This document shows positions 30,501 to 39,241 of a stretch of 64,000 nucleotides of DNA, one piece after another. This DNA is from an uncultured Nitrososphaerota archaeon (GTDB lineage: Archaea > Thermoproteota > EX4484-205 > JAAOZP01), in NCBI GenBank assembly GCA_964416155.1, contig CAYQCW010000004.1, positions 92,044 to 156,043 on the forward strand. Reading direction: 5' to 3'. Position numbers and translations under genes: made by a program. The notes below the pieces were generated by a model that did not search any database, had not been told where the DNA came from, and worked only from the letters and a program-made list of their open reading frames with translations. Within the stretch, counting starts at the first letter, position 1. Each line of letters begins with the position of its first letter.

Positions 30501-32045
30501 TCACAACCCTATTTTAATGGGTGGTTTCCCCGCTGGTTTAAACTTGCCTTTTAAAACCTTTAAAGCAGCCTTGACAGCGGTTACACTCGGGGTGAAAGCG
30601 GCAACGCAAATCTTAGCGCTGCTCAACTGAGACAGGTCCTCAGGGGCTCCGAGCGATATGACTATGCTCTCCCTGAAGAACTCGACAAGCTTTTTAAGCA
30701 TGGATAGCTCCCGCCTGTTTTCCTGCGTGTTGTAAGCCAGTATTAGTAGAAGCGTATTGCTAGGGGTGCTTCTGTAGATCTCCCCTAGTTTCTTGCTGGA
30801 AACCTCTTCGAGACGCTCTAAAAGGTTAAACCCTCCAAGCTCTTCCCTCAGGACTTCTTGGAGGGCGCTCCTGCCCGATTCCTCAAGCTGTTCTTCAAAC
30901 CCGCCTGTGACGACCACTAGGGGTTTACCCAGCCATCTTAAGGGGAGTTCATCAACACCCTTCACCAGACTTATGCTCCGAATAAATATTTTCCAAGCCT
31001 TAGTCTGGTTTATAATGCTGCCACGTGTTTTCTCAGGGGTTTTTTTAAACTTCTCAAACTTTTCAAGTTTAAAACTCAGCACTTCCAGAGCACTGCTTCT
31101 TATTCTCTCGTATAAATTTCTATCCTCCCTGGCTTTTTCAAGAATACTGTCCAAAACCTCCTGTGTTTTATCCGTTCTTCTCGAAGGCACCACTATATGG
31201 TTGCCCGCTTTCAAAGCCTTCACCGCAGCTTCCTCAAGGTCAAAGCTTTCCAAGACCCGCTTATCATCCAAATAATCAGTCACGAGAAGGTTTTTAAAAC
31301 CCATTTTCCTCTTTACTATTTTCTCAACAACCTTGGGCGATAACGAGGACGGTGTATCCATGTTCCCTGAAGCCGGAAGAAGACTGTGTCCAATCACAAC
31401 CCCTTCGACGCCAGATTTAAAGGCCTGTTGAAAAGGCTTGAAGTCCCGTCTAAGAAGCCCGTTAAGGTCTTCCTCGCCTTCATGCTTCTCGTAAAACCTT
31501 CCGGGAAAATATTTAACGAAGGATAGGACACCACCGTTTCTAAGACCCTTTATATAGCTGACCACGTAGCCAGATACTTCATCAGGATCATCTCCGAAAA
31601 AGTTCTCCCCCATTCCGGGGGAGTAAATATTCGCCGTCGGTGCCAAGTTAGTGTTAATGCTAAGCGTCCTTAATTCTAGGGCGGTCACGTAACCGGTTAT
31701 GTAGGCTGACTTAGCCTCCCCGGTTGCACCCACACCCATTTGACTAGGCAGCTCGGTTAAAGGCGGGTAAACACCATCAAGACCCTTCCCCTCTTGTTCA
31801 GCGGCAATTATTAGGGAGAAGCCTAAGGCTTTCTTGTACGAGGCAGCCAGCTCCTTCAAGGAGGAGCCTGGATTTTTAAGCCCGGACAGGGCTTTCCTGC
31901 CGATTATCAACCCGCTTAAAGCATTCTCCAAAACCATCTTCTCGAGCTCGCTGAAGTTTTTCACCTCGTTAACATATGCCATCACAGTTTGACCGGCAAT
32001 CTTTTCGAAAGACGTTCTCTGAACGATCCGTTCCAGCGTGACCAT
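30501..32045 (-). CDS. GH3 (NagZ-like) protein with degenerate active-site motifs
   Basis: Two-domain GH3 layout: EQEG, NLAP, FGDDP, KYFPG, PSSLS, VTD, ALKAG, GKPP. Confidence 0.8.
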   Translation of the reverse strand: MVTLERIVQRTSFEKIAGQTVMAYVNEVKNFSELEKMVLENALSGLIIGRKALSGLKNPGSSLKELAASYKKALGFSLIIAAEQEGKGLDGVYPPLTELPSQMGVGATGEAKSAYITGYVTALELRTLSINTNLAPTANIYSPGMGENFFGDDPDEVSGYVVSYIKGLRNGGVLSFVKYFPGRFYEKHEGEEDLNGLLRRDFKPFQQAFKSGVEGVVIGHSLLPASGNMDTPSSLSPKVVEKIVKRKMGFKNLLVTDYLDDKRVLESFDLEEAAVKALKAGNHIVVPSRRTDKTQEVLDSILEKAREDRNLYERIRSSALEVLSFKLEKFEKFKKTPEKTRGSIINQTKAWKIFIRSISLVKGVDELPLRWLGKPLVVVTGGFEEQLEESGRSALQEVLREELGGFNLLERLEEVSSKKLGEIYRSTPSNTLLLILAYNTQENRRELSMLKKLVEFFRESIVISLGAPEDLSQLSSAKICVAAFTPSVTAVKAALKVLKGKFKPAGKPPIKIGL

Positions 32046-32143
32046 TACTTATTCGTTCACCGTCCTTCCACCGTTTGACGTTTTAAACAGATGATTCATC
32101 ACGTCTCCACGCTTTAAAAACCCTATAAGGATTTCCATATCGT

Positions 32144-32497
32144 TTAAAAACGTTTTTCCAAGGCGTGTTCAACATTTTCCATGAACTCTCTCAACCGGAT
32201 GCCTCCTTGTCTACTAATCTTTCCCTCGGGTGTGAAAACCCTTATGTCACCATATCCGAAGTCCACTACGACGTAGAGTGGAAACCCCTCTATTTCACGG
32301 GGCATCGGCCCCTCCACGTATAAAAAGCGTTTCCTAGTGGACTTAACCTGCATAAGAATACACTTGCCTCTCCTGAGGCAAACCAGGTCTGCCGGCCCAA
32401 GGCTTCCGCCGGACCTAACGGTCATCCAGCCGTGTCTTTGGAGAAGCATTCTGACCTTACGCTCAGCAAGATAGCCTTTCCTCTTAGGGGGAGCCAT
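32144..32497 (-). CDS. hjc: Archaeal Holliday junction resolvase-like nuclease
   Basis: KGYLAER...VRSGGS...ADLV...QVKS (PD-(D/E)xK fold). Confidence 0.8.
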   Translation of the reverse strand: MAPPKRKGYLAERKVRMLLQRHGWMTVRSGGSLGPADLVCLRRGKCILMQVKSTRKRFLYVEGPMPREIEGFPLYVVVDFGYGDIRVFTPEGKISRQGGIRLREFMENVEHALEKRF

Positions 32498-32507
32498 GGG
32501 GCACGAC

Positions 32508-33683
32508 CTAAACCCTCTTAATCAATTTAATGATTTCCATCCCGTCTACAAGCCCAAGCGATCCTCTAAGCCCAGAAGCCTCGTCGAAAGAAAGACCGTC
32601 CCCTTTTAAACCCGGTTTCATAACGGCGAAAGGAGTCGGGTCCAACGTATGGTTCCTAACAGACACCGGCGTCGGATGGTCTACCAGTATGCTTATCGAA
32701 ACGTTTTCCTCAACGCTGTCAAGTATTTTCTTGAAAAGCCTCCTATCCATCTCCTCAATAACCTTCACCTTGGTTTCGAAAGAACCCTCGTGGCCAGCTT
32801 CGTCAGGAGCCTCAACATGCAGATACACGAAGTCGCATTCCTCAAGAGCGTTAACCGCGTAAACCGCCTTGTTCTCGTAGCTAGTATCATAGTAGCCGGT
32901 TGCACCCGGTACTTCAGGCACACGCATCTGGGCGAGCTTACCGATCCCCTTTATCAGGTCTACCGCCGCTATAACCGCGCCTCTTAAGCCGTGTTTCAAG
33001 GAGAACGGCTCCATATTGGGCATTCTGCCCTGCCCCCATATCCAAGCCATGTTTGCAGGCCTCTCGCCAGCTTTTCGCCTACGGGTGTTCACCTGGTTTT
33101 CGGAAAGAACCCTGATCGACTCAACCATCATCCTGTTAAGCAGTCTAGACTCCTCGTTATCCGGCTTCAACAAGTGCTTACCATATTCCTCGGCGACAAT
33201 ATCGTGCGGCGGAGTAGCTCTCAACCCATCGCCCCACTTGGAGACGAAAATATTCCTGTAGCTGACACCCGTGTAAAACCTTCCGACACAGCTAAACCTT
33301 CTGTTCAACTCCGATATTAAAACTTCAGCCTCGCTCGTAGCAATATGACCACCCGAGTAGTCGACAACCCTGTTTTCTTCAACAGTTATGAGATTACACC
33401 TGAAAAAAACCTCGTTATCCCCTGCCCTTATGCCTCTAGCCGCAGCCTCCAACGGGCCTCTCCCAGTGTAATAGGTGCAGGGGTCATACCCCAGTATGAT
33501 GAGGTTTGCAATATCGCTGCCCCGAGGCAGGTTCGGCCGGAGTGTTCGAAGCATACCCATTCTCCCTCTTCTAGCTATTTCATCCATGCTGGGCTTCTCC
33601 GCCGCTTGAAGAGGAGTTTTACCCTTCGCCTCCTCAACCGGATAGTCAGCCATTCCGTCTCCAACTATTACCAGATGCTTCAA
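32508..33683 (-). CDS. apgM: Cofactor-independent phosphoglycerate mutase
   Basis: GDGMAD, GSDIAN, GRGPLEA, HVEAPDEAGH, DHPTP. Confidence 0.92.
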   Translation of the reverse strand: MKHLVIVGDGMADYPVEEAKGKTPLQAAEKPSMDEIARRGRMGMLRTLRPNLPRGSDIANLIILGYDPCTYYTGRGPLEAAARGIRAGDNEVFFRCNLITVEENRVVDYSGGHIATSEAEVLISELNRRFSCVGRFYTGVSYRNIFVSKWGDGLRATPPHDIVAEEYGKHLLKPDNEESRLLNRMMVESIRVLSENQVNTRRRKAGERPANMAWIWGQGRMPNMEPFSLKHGLRGAVIAAVDLIKGIGKLAQMRVPEVPGATGYYDTSYENKAVYAVNALEECDFVYLHVEAPDEAGHEGSFETKVKVIEEMDRRLFKKILDSVEENVSISILVDHPTPVSVRNHTLDPTPFAVMKPGLKGDGLSFDEASGLRGSLGLVDGMEIIKLIKRV

Positions 33684-33769
33684 GCCTCCTCTCTAACTGT
33701 TAGAAAAGTTTTAAGATTTTCGGGCACGTTGGATAAACTTATTAGGCTTAAGCCTTTAAAGAAACCGGC

Positions 33770-34087
33770 TTGAAGAGGAAAACAGACCAGGTTGATAAAA
33801 TACTCGAGCTGCTTGCTAGGAGAAGGCTTGAAGAAGCTGAGAAGCAGCTGGATGGGTTTAAGCCCAGCGTCGGATACGAGGCTGGCTACCTTAGAGGTTT
33901 AAGAGGAATTCTCCAAACGCTTAGGAAGCCTGTTGAAGGAAGCATTGTCGGAGGGCCTGCGGAGAACTTGGAGAAGCGTGTGAAAAGCCTTCTGGAAACG
34001 GTTGAAACACATTGCTTGAGTCAGGAGGAGGAGGGGTATTTCTCAGCCTGGGTTGACTTCTTGGAGAAACTATCCGGAGGGGAATAG
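33770..34087 (+). CDS. Hypothetical protein
   Basis: Helical protein with repeated GY motifs (GYLRGLRG, GYFSAW). Confidence 0.65.
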   Translation: MKRKTDQVDKILELLARRRLEEAEKQLDGFKPSVGYEAGYLRGLRGILQTLRKPVEGSIVGGPAENLEKRVKSLLETVETHCLSQEEEGYFSAWVDFLEKLSGGE

Positions 34088-34360
34088 AATGTTATACAGG
34101 AGGAACCACGTGAAAAGCCAAGCCAAGAAGAAGCTTCCCACGCCCTCCTTCCAAGCGGCGCTCTCATCCCTAAGCCTGCCTTTGTAGATTCTTTTGAAAA
34201 AATAGTAGGTTAAGAAGTATGCCATAACCATGTTTAGGAAGGCGCTTATTATCGGGGAAGGGGGACGCCAGAAGAAGGCGTGTAAAGCACCCAGTATGGC
34301 TCCTAGGGCAACCCTCGTCCAGTAAATGAGGCTTTCAGGTTTAAATCTGGATTCGCTCAT
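34070..34360 (-). CDS. EMC6/Rab5ip-like three-TM membrane protein
   Basis: IYWTRVALGAILG...WKEGVGSFFLAWLFTWFLLYN. Confidence 0.65.
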   Translation of the reverse strand: MSESRFKPESLIYWTRVALGAILGALHAFFWRPPSPIISAFLNMVMAYFLTYYFFKRIYKGRLRDESAAWKEGVGSFFLAWLFTWFLLYNILFPSG

Positions 34361-34365
34361 TCATC

Positions 34366-36270
34366 TTGAGCTTGAAACCCCCGAAAATAAGTCTTTCCAG
34401 CATTGACTACCTTGTGCTCTCCAGGGAGCTTTCTAAAGAGCTGCAGGGAGCATGGGTTGACAATGTGTACAACCATCCTGTTTACGGATACTATCTGATG
34501 GTTTTCAGAAGCAGCGGGGTTGTTAAGAAGCTGGTCGTAATACCTGGAGAATCATTGTTTCTAACCCGTCACGATTATCCTGTCCCGAGTACTCCTGGAG
34601 GCAGCGTATTGCAGCTGAGAAGAATAGTCTGCAACCTTAGGGTTGAGAGCGTGGAGCAGCATGACTTTGACAGGATTATAATCATTAGTCTTTCCAGAGG
34701 AGGGTTTAAAGCCAGGCTTATCGTGGAGGGGTTGAGACGAGGCGTCATCGCCCTCGTCTCTGAAGACTGGCGTATCCTTTTCACTTCTCAGAGAATCGAG
34801 CTGGGAGCCAGGTCGCTCAGGGAAGGGGAGAAATACATTTTCCCACCGTCAAACATATTTGACCCCACGGGTGCCCCGGGAAGCCTGGAAGCCCTGCAGA
34901 AGTATTCCTCGGAAAGGCTTGGCAGGCTGATAGCTGGTAGGCTGGGCTTCGGGTCTAAAACAATGGGTGAGATATGCAGAAGAATAGGGCTGGATCCTGA
35001 TTCAAGCGTTGAAGGAAAGATCCCTCTCGTAATCGAGACCATACGTATGCTTATCAAGGAGGCTGAAGTGTCTCCGAAGCCGCGGATATATTATCGCGAG
35101 GGACGCCCGGTGGATGTGTCTGCGATAAGGCTTCTCTCCTTAGAGAGCATGGAGCAGAAGGAGGTTGAAACCGTTTCAGAAGCTTTGGACGAATACTATG
35201 CTACACTCGGGTTTGAGGCTGTTTCCAAGGATGAGAAATCATCCTTAGAGCTTAGCAGACTGGTTAGAATAAGGGAGAACCTTGCCTCCGAAGTAGAGGC
35301 GTTGAGGAATAAAGCCATGATGATCATGGTGAACCTCGCGGGCTTCCAGGCAGTTTTAGACGCTGTAAGGAATAAGGTGGAAGCGCCCGCTGGTTTCAGG
35401 ATTCTTGAAACCGACTACGGTAGGAGAACCGTCAAAATACTGTTCAACGATTCAGAGTTTAAGCTTAGCCTGGATTCCTCAGCCGCGTCAAACGCCTCCA
35501 GCATGTTTGAGGAGGCTAAGAAAATAGAGAAGCATCTTTCCGAGATCGATGGTAAGATTCTTCTTCTTAAGGAGAAGACCCCTACTGAAAGGAGGAGAAT
35601 GGTTCCTGAGAGAAGGGTTGAAAGAAAATGGTTTGAGAAGTTCCGGTGGAACATATCGGTTAACGGAAACCTGATTCTAGCTGGTAGAGACGCTGGGACG
35701 AACGAGCTTCTCGTCAAGAAGCATGTTTCGGATAGAAGCGTAGTGTTTCACGCGGACTTCATAGGGGCACCGTTCGTAACCATTCATAACGTTGAAAACC
35801 CTTCGGACGAGGAGCTTAAGGAGGCTGCGCTCATGGCGGCATGCTACACCGCAAGAGCCTGGGAGAACAAGTATGCTTCCCTAGACGTCTACTGGGTCAG
35901 GGGGAGCCAGGTCAGCAAGCAGGCTCCCCCCGGCCAGTATCTGCCCAAGGGAGCGTTCATGATAAGGGGGGAGAAGAACTTCATTAGAAATGTTGAGCTT
36001 AAGCTTTGGATCGGGGTTTCAGATGATGGCGAGGTGGCCTACGGGGGTCTAAGCAAGGTAAAGGCAAGGTGTAGAAAGTATGCGGTGGTCCTTCCGGGGG
36101 ACAAGGATAAGAATCATGAAGCAGCTTTACTCGAAAAGAGGTTTCTTAAAGACATGTCTCTTCCCCGTGAAGCATTGCCAGGGCTGCTCGAGAGGATTCG
36201 CAGCATTATTCCAGGGAGACGCTGTGAAGTCCACTACATGCCACCCGTTCCTCCGGGGCAAGGCAAATAG
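34366..36270 (+). CDS. rqcH: NFACT-family ribosome rescue factor (RqcH/Rqc2 homolog)
   Basis: QHDFDRI, KWFEKFRW, AGRDAGTNE, FHADFIGAP, QVSKQAPPGQYLPKGAFMIRG. Confidence 0.9.
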   Translation: MSLKPPKISLSSIDYLVLSRELSKELQGAWVDNVYNHPVYGYYLMVFRSSGVVKKLVVIPGESLFLTRHDYPVPSTPGGSVLQLRRIVCNLRVESVEQHDFDRIIIISLSRGGFKARLIVEGLRRGVIALVSEDWRILFTSQRIELGARSLREGEKYIFPPSNIFDPTGAPGSLEALQKYSSERLGRLIAGRLGFGSKTMGEICRRIGLDPDSSVEGKIPLVIETIRMLIKEAEVSPKPRIYYREGRPVDVSAIRLLSLESMEQKEVETVSEALDEYYATLGFEAVSKDEKSSLELSRLVRIRENLASEVEALRNKAMMIMVNLAGFQAVLDAVRNKVEAPAGFRILETDYGRRTVKILFNDSEFKLSLDSSAASNASSMFEEAKKIEKHLSEIDGKILLLKEKTPTERRRMVPERRVERKWFEKFRWNISVNGNLILAGRDAGTNELLVKKHVSDRSVVFHADFIGAPFVTIHNVENPSDEELKEAALMAACYTARAWENKYASLDVYWVRGSQVSKQAPPGQYLPKGAFMIRGEKNFIRNVELKLWIGVSDDGEVAYGGLSKVKARCRKYAVVLPGDKDKNHEAALLEKRFLKDMSLPREALPGLLERIRSIIPGRRCEVHYMPPVPPGQGK

Positions 36271-36321
36271 CTATCCGCATACCCAACATTGGAAAAGGGT
36301 TAATGCTTAAAAAAGGGCGCG

Positions 36322-37482
36322 TTGGGAAAAACCAGGTTGAAAATAGCCGCCAGAATAAGTAGGATCGTCGAGCCGCCCCACAGAAGGATCTTGAAAGAAG
36401 CCTTGTCTAGAAGGAGCGTTGTGATGAACCTTAGCGTAGGAGACATTTTCATAGAGCCCCATCCGTTGGTTAAGGATGCCGTTAGGAAAGCCTCTGAGGA
36501 AAGCAGCCTCACATACCCCCCGATAGAAGGGTTCGGCGAGCTTAGAAGCCTGATAGCTGAATACCTGGTGGAGAGCAGGGGTTTAGACGTAAAAGCTGGG
36601 AACATTCTAGTGACCGCAGGGGCTTCGGAAGCGTTTCTCATAGCGTTAATGACTGTACTTGATCCTGGGGACAGGATTATTCTCCCAGACCCCACTTACC
36701 CTCAGCACACTCTGGCTGCGAACCTTTTCGACAACATTATGATAGACTATTACAGTCAGGATTCGGATGTCAGTAATCAGGTTGCTGGGGGAAAAGACGG
36801 GCATAGCCTTATACTGGTTTGCTCTCCAAACAACCCGACTGGAAGGATTATTTCAGCAAAAGACATGGAGAAGCTTGTCGAGCATGCTCGAGAAACCGGT
36901 TTCACGATTGTTTCCGACGAGACTTATTTAGAAATATTTTTCGATGGAAACAAGCCCGTGAGCCCTGGAAGCTTCGACATCGACCTTGAAAACACCATCA
37001 TCATAGGAAGCTTCTCTAAAAACATGGGGGTAACCGGCTTAAGAGTGGGTTTCATAGCTTCTGAAAAAAGCATGATCAGCAGGGCAAGCATGGTTAGATA
37101 CGCTACTTCGCTAACGTCAAACACGCTGGGGCAGCGCGTAGTTTTGAAAACGCTTCCCCTCATAAACGAGATATCCGGGTATGTAAGGATGAATGTTGAG
37201 AAACGCCTCAGGATGTTCCTACAGGGCTTTAAGAGAAGCGATTTGCTAAAGGTCTACGAGCCCCAGGGCTCGCTCTACATATTCCCATACGTGCCGTTCA
37301 AATCCTTCGAGTTCTGTCTTGAGCTGGCTAGGGAGACAGGAGTCGTCATGGCTCCGGGTCAGGGGTTTGGGCCTTCAGGCGAAAACCACGTTAGAATAAG
37401 CTTCGGAGCGAGAGAGGAAGACATAATAAATTCAATAGAGTTGTTAAACAGGTTTGAGCCTAAGGTTGAACGATGCTTTTAA
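36322..37482 (+). CDS. PLP-dependent aminotransferase class I/II
   Basis: VTAGASEA, SPNNPTG, SDETY, SFSK..G..GLRVG. Confidence 0.92.
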   Translation: MGKTRLKIAARISRIVEPPHRRILKEALSRRSVVMNLSVGDIFIEPHPLVKDAVRKASEESSLTYPPIEGFGELRSLIAEYLVESRGLDVKAGNILVTAGASEAFLIALMTVLDPGDRIILPDPTYPQHTLAANLFDNIMIDYYSQDSDVSNQVAGGKDGHSLILVCSPNNPTGRIISAKDMEKLVEHARETGFTIVSDETYLEIFFDGNKPVSPGSFDIDLENTIIIGSFSKNMGVTGLRVGFIASEKSMISRASMVRYATSLTSNTLGQRVVLKTLPLINEISGYVRMNVEKRLRMFLQGFKRSDLLKVYEPQGSLYIFPYVPFKSFEFCLELARETGVVMAPGQGFGPSGENHVRISFGAREEDIINSIELLNRFEPKVERCF

Positions 37483-38245
37483 AGAAGGCGAGGATGTTCT
37501 ACTCATCTCATCTAAAGGGAAGAAACGAGTCGTGAAAATACAGGGAGACCGTATTCACACTCATAAAGGGTATATTCAGGTCGGCGACATAGTTGGCAAC
37601 CAGCCTGGAATAGTGGTTAGAACACACACGGGAGACGAGTTTCGTGCCCTTAAACCTCTGGTTGCAGACTATATTCCTAAGCTGGCTAGGAGGACGCAGG
37701 TAATGTATCCTAAGGACCTCGGCTACATGGTTTTAAGCCTAGGAATATCACCAGGCTTCAAGGTTCTGGACGCGGGCACCGGAAGCGGGGCTGCTGCCAT
37801 GGTTATGGCGAGCCTCGTAAAGCCGACTGGGAAAGTCTTCTCTTACGATGTTGACGAGGAATCCATAGCGGTTGCTAGGAGTAACCTTGAAAGAGTCGGC
37901 CTCCTTGAGTATGTTGAACTCGTGCATGAAGACGTTAAGATAGCTGTTTTCAAAGAGTTTTTCGACGCTGCCTTGATGGATCTTCCAGACCCTTGGGAAG
38001 CCCTGGGGAATGTTTTAAGATTCCTTAAGCCGTCAGCCAGAATATGTCTCGTACTGCCAACCATGAACCAGCTGGAGAAGGCTTACTCGGCGCTAGTAGA
38101 CTCTGGGATGGCACATCTCGAAACGGTGGAGATATTTCTCAGGAGGATAAGGCCGTTCCAAGGGAAGGTTAGGCCCGAATCCCTTATGACTGGGCACACT
38201 GCCTACCTTATGCTGGGCGTAAAGGTTTCCAGAGAAAACGTTTAA
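37454..38245 (+). CDS. trmI: tRNA (adenine-N1)-methyltransferase
   Basis: TQVMYPKD, DAGTGSG, DLPDPW, RP...GHTAYL. Confidence 0.92.
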   Translation: MSLRLNDAFKEGEDVLLISSKGKKRVVKIQGDRIHTHKGYIQVGDIVGNQPGIVVRTHTGDEFRALKPLVADYIPKLARRTQVMYPKDLGYMVLSLGISPGFKVLDAGTGSGAAAMVMASLVKPTGKVFSYDVDEESIAVARSNLERVGLLEYVELVHEDVKIAVFKEFFDAALMDLPDPWEALGNVLRFLKPSARICLVLPTMNQLEKAYSALVDSGMAHLETVEIFLRRIRPFQGKVRPESLMTGHTAYLMLGVKVSRENV

Positions 38246-38272
38246 AAAGAACACGGAGAGAGTAGCGTCGGA

Positions 38273-38875
38273 TTGGAGAAGAAGGAGGCGGTTTACTCTG
38301 TTGGAAACCTGCTAGTACTGATAGGTTTAATTGTTTTCACAGTATTCACGTTCGTCGCCAGCCTCCAAGTCACCGGCTTTCTAAGAACGGGCGTCAATCT
38401 TTTCAGCTCCATCCTTGTATTCCTAGGCTCAGTTTTTCCATTCCTGCTTAAAGAGATGGAGGCCCCGCGCAGAATGAGGAGCATTGGGCTAAGATGCTTC
38501 ACGTCAAGTCTCATAATGTCAATACTAATCCTGGCCCAAACAATGGTGAGGGGGTTCGCCTCAACGATGCCGATTTTAGCGTCGCTAGCATTAGGATTAT
38601 TCGGCATAGCGGCATACCTTCTTTCGAGAACTGGGAGAATCGCCCCGCCACCCATTAGTGAAATACTTCTATTCGTCTCAGTGATAATAGTGTTTTCAGC
38701 GCCGATGCTACACTTGCTTCTAGGAGACCTCGGGGTTGACAATAACGCTGCGAGAATAATGTCGGTCAGCCTATTAGTCGTCTTCATAGGAGTACTCTAT
38801 GTTTCGCTCAAAAGGCCCAACAACCCTTCTGGAACTGGTTCAGATGAAAAAAGAACTAGGCCGCCGGATACGTAA
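38273..38875 (+). CDS. Hypothetical membrane protein (~6 TM)
   Basis: Hydrophobic ORF co-oriented with the operon. Confidence 0.7.
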   Translation: MEKKEAVYSVGNLLVLIGLIVFTVFTFVASLQVTGFLRTGVNLFSSILVFLGSVFPFLLKEMEAPRRMRSIGLRCFTSSLIMSILILAQTMVRGFASTMPILASLALGLFGIAAYLLSRTGRIAPPPISEILLFVSVIIVFSAPMLHLLLGDLGVDNNAARIMSVSLLVVFIGVLYVSLKRPNNPSGTGSDEKRTRPPDT

Positions 38876-38898
38876 CACTTAATACCTTCTTGAAAACA

Positions 38899-39241
38899 GT
38901 CTGAACAGGGTAGACCAGGCTCCTGCCCAGGGGGGGACCCTGAAGCAGGCCTCAACGTCTTGAGGAGGGTACAAGCCGCCTCGACCATGGGGACTGGGCG
39001 CGAAACCCGTGGAGAGGTTGAAGTAGCCTTCCCAGGGTGTTGCGGAGTAAAAGCATCTTCCTCAGGCTTGTTGAAAAGCGGATTGGGGAGGATGAGCCTA
39101 CTAGCCTGGGCCCAAAGCTCTGACGCGGTAAAAGCAGGCTGCGCAGAGAAGAGGAAGGCAAGCCTTATTAAAGAGGCGGTGGGAAACAAGTTGTTGCTTT
39201 CGAACCCTGATATGAACAGCCCCCCGGTTAAGCGTTCAGAT
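38899..39241 (+). ncRNA. Putative large structured non-coding RNA of unrecognised class
   Basis: Terminal pairing GTCTGAAC/GTTCAGAT, at least 7 internal hairpins with G-U pairs that favour the + strand, TTAATA box at 38879, no credible protein. Confidence 0.55.

Noticed and set aside
38925-38950. SRP helix-8-like GCC-CAGG...AGCAG-GC
   Set aside because: The loop is GGAC rather than GNRA, there is an extra GA, and it lies near the 5' end with no Alu domain, so the topology is not that of SRP RNA.
38960-39211. N-terminal extension of the 526-aa EndoQ ORF and the antisense 162-aa ORF
   Set aside because: Neither is protein-like, and EndoQ similarity starts only near DMHIHS.
38899-39241. RNase P, tmRNA, ZTP riboswitch or group I/II intron identity for the structured region
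   Set aside because: Only partial echoes are present (AACAG..GGTTA, GACTGG/CCTGGGC, minus-strand GGGGCTG..GGTTCGA). The required partner motifs are missing.
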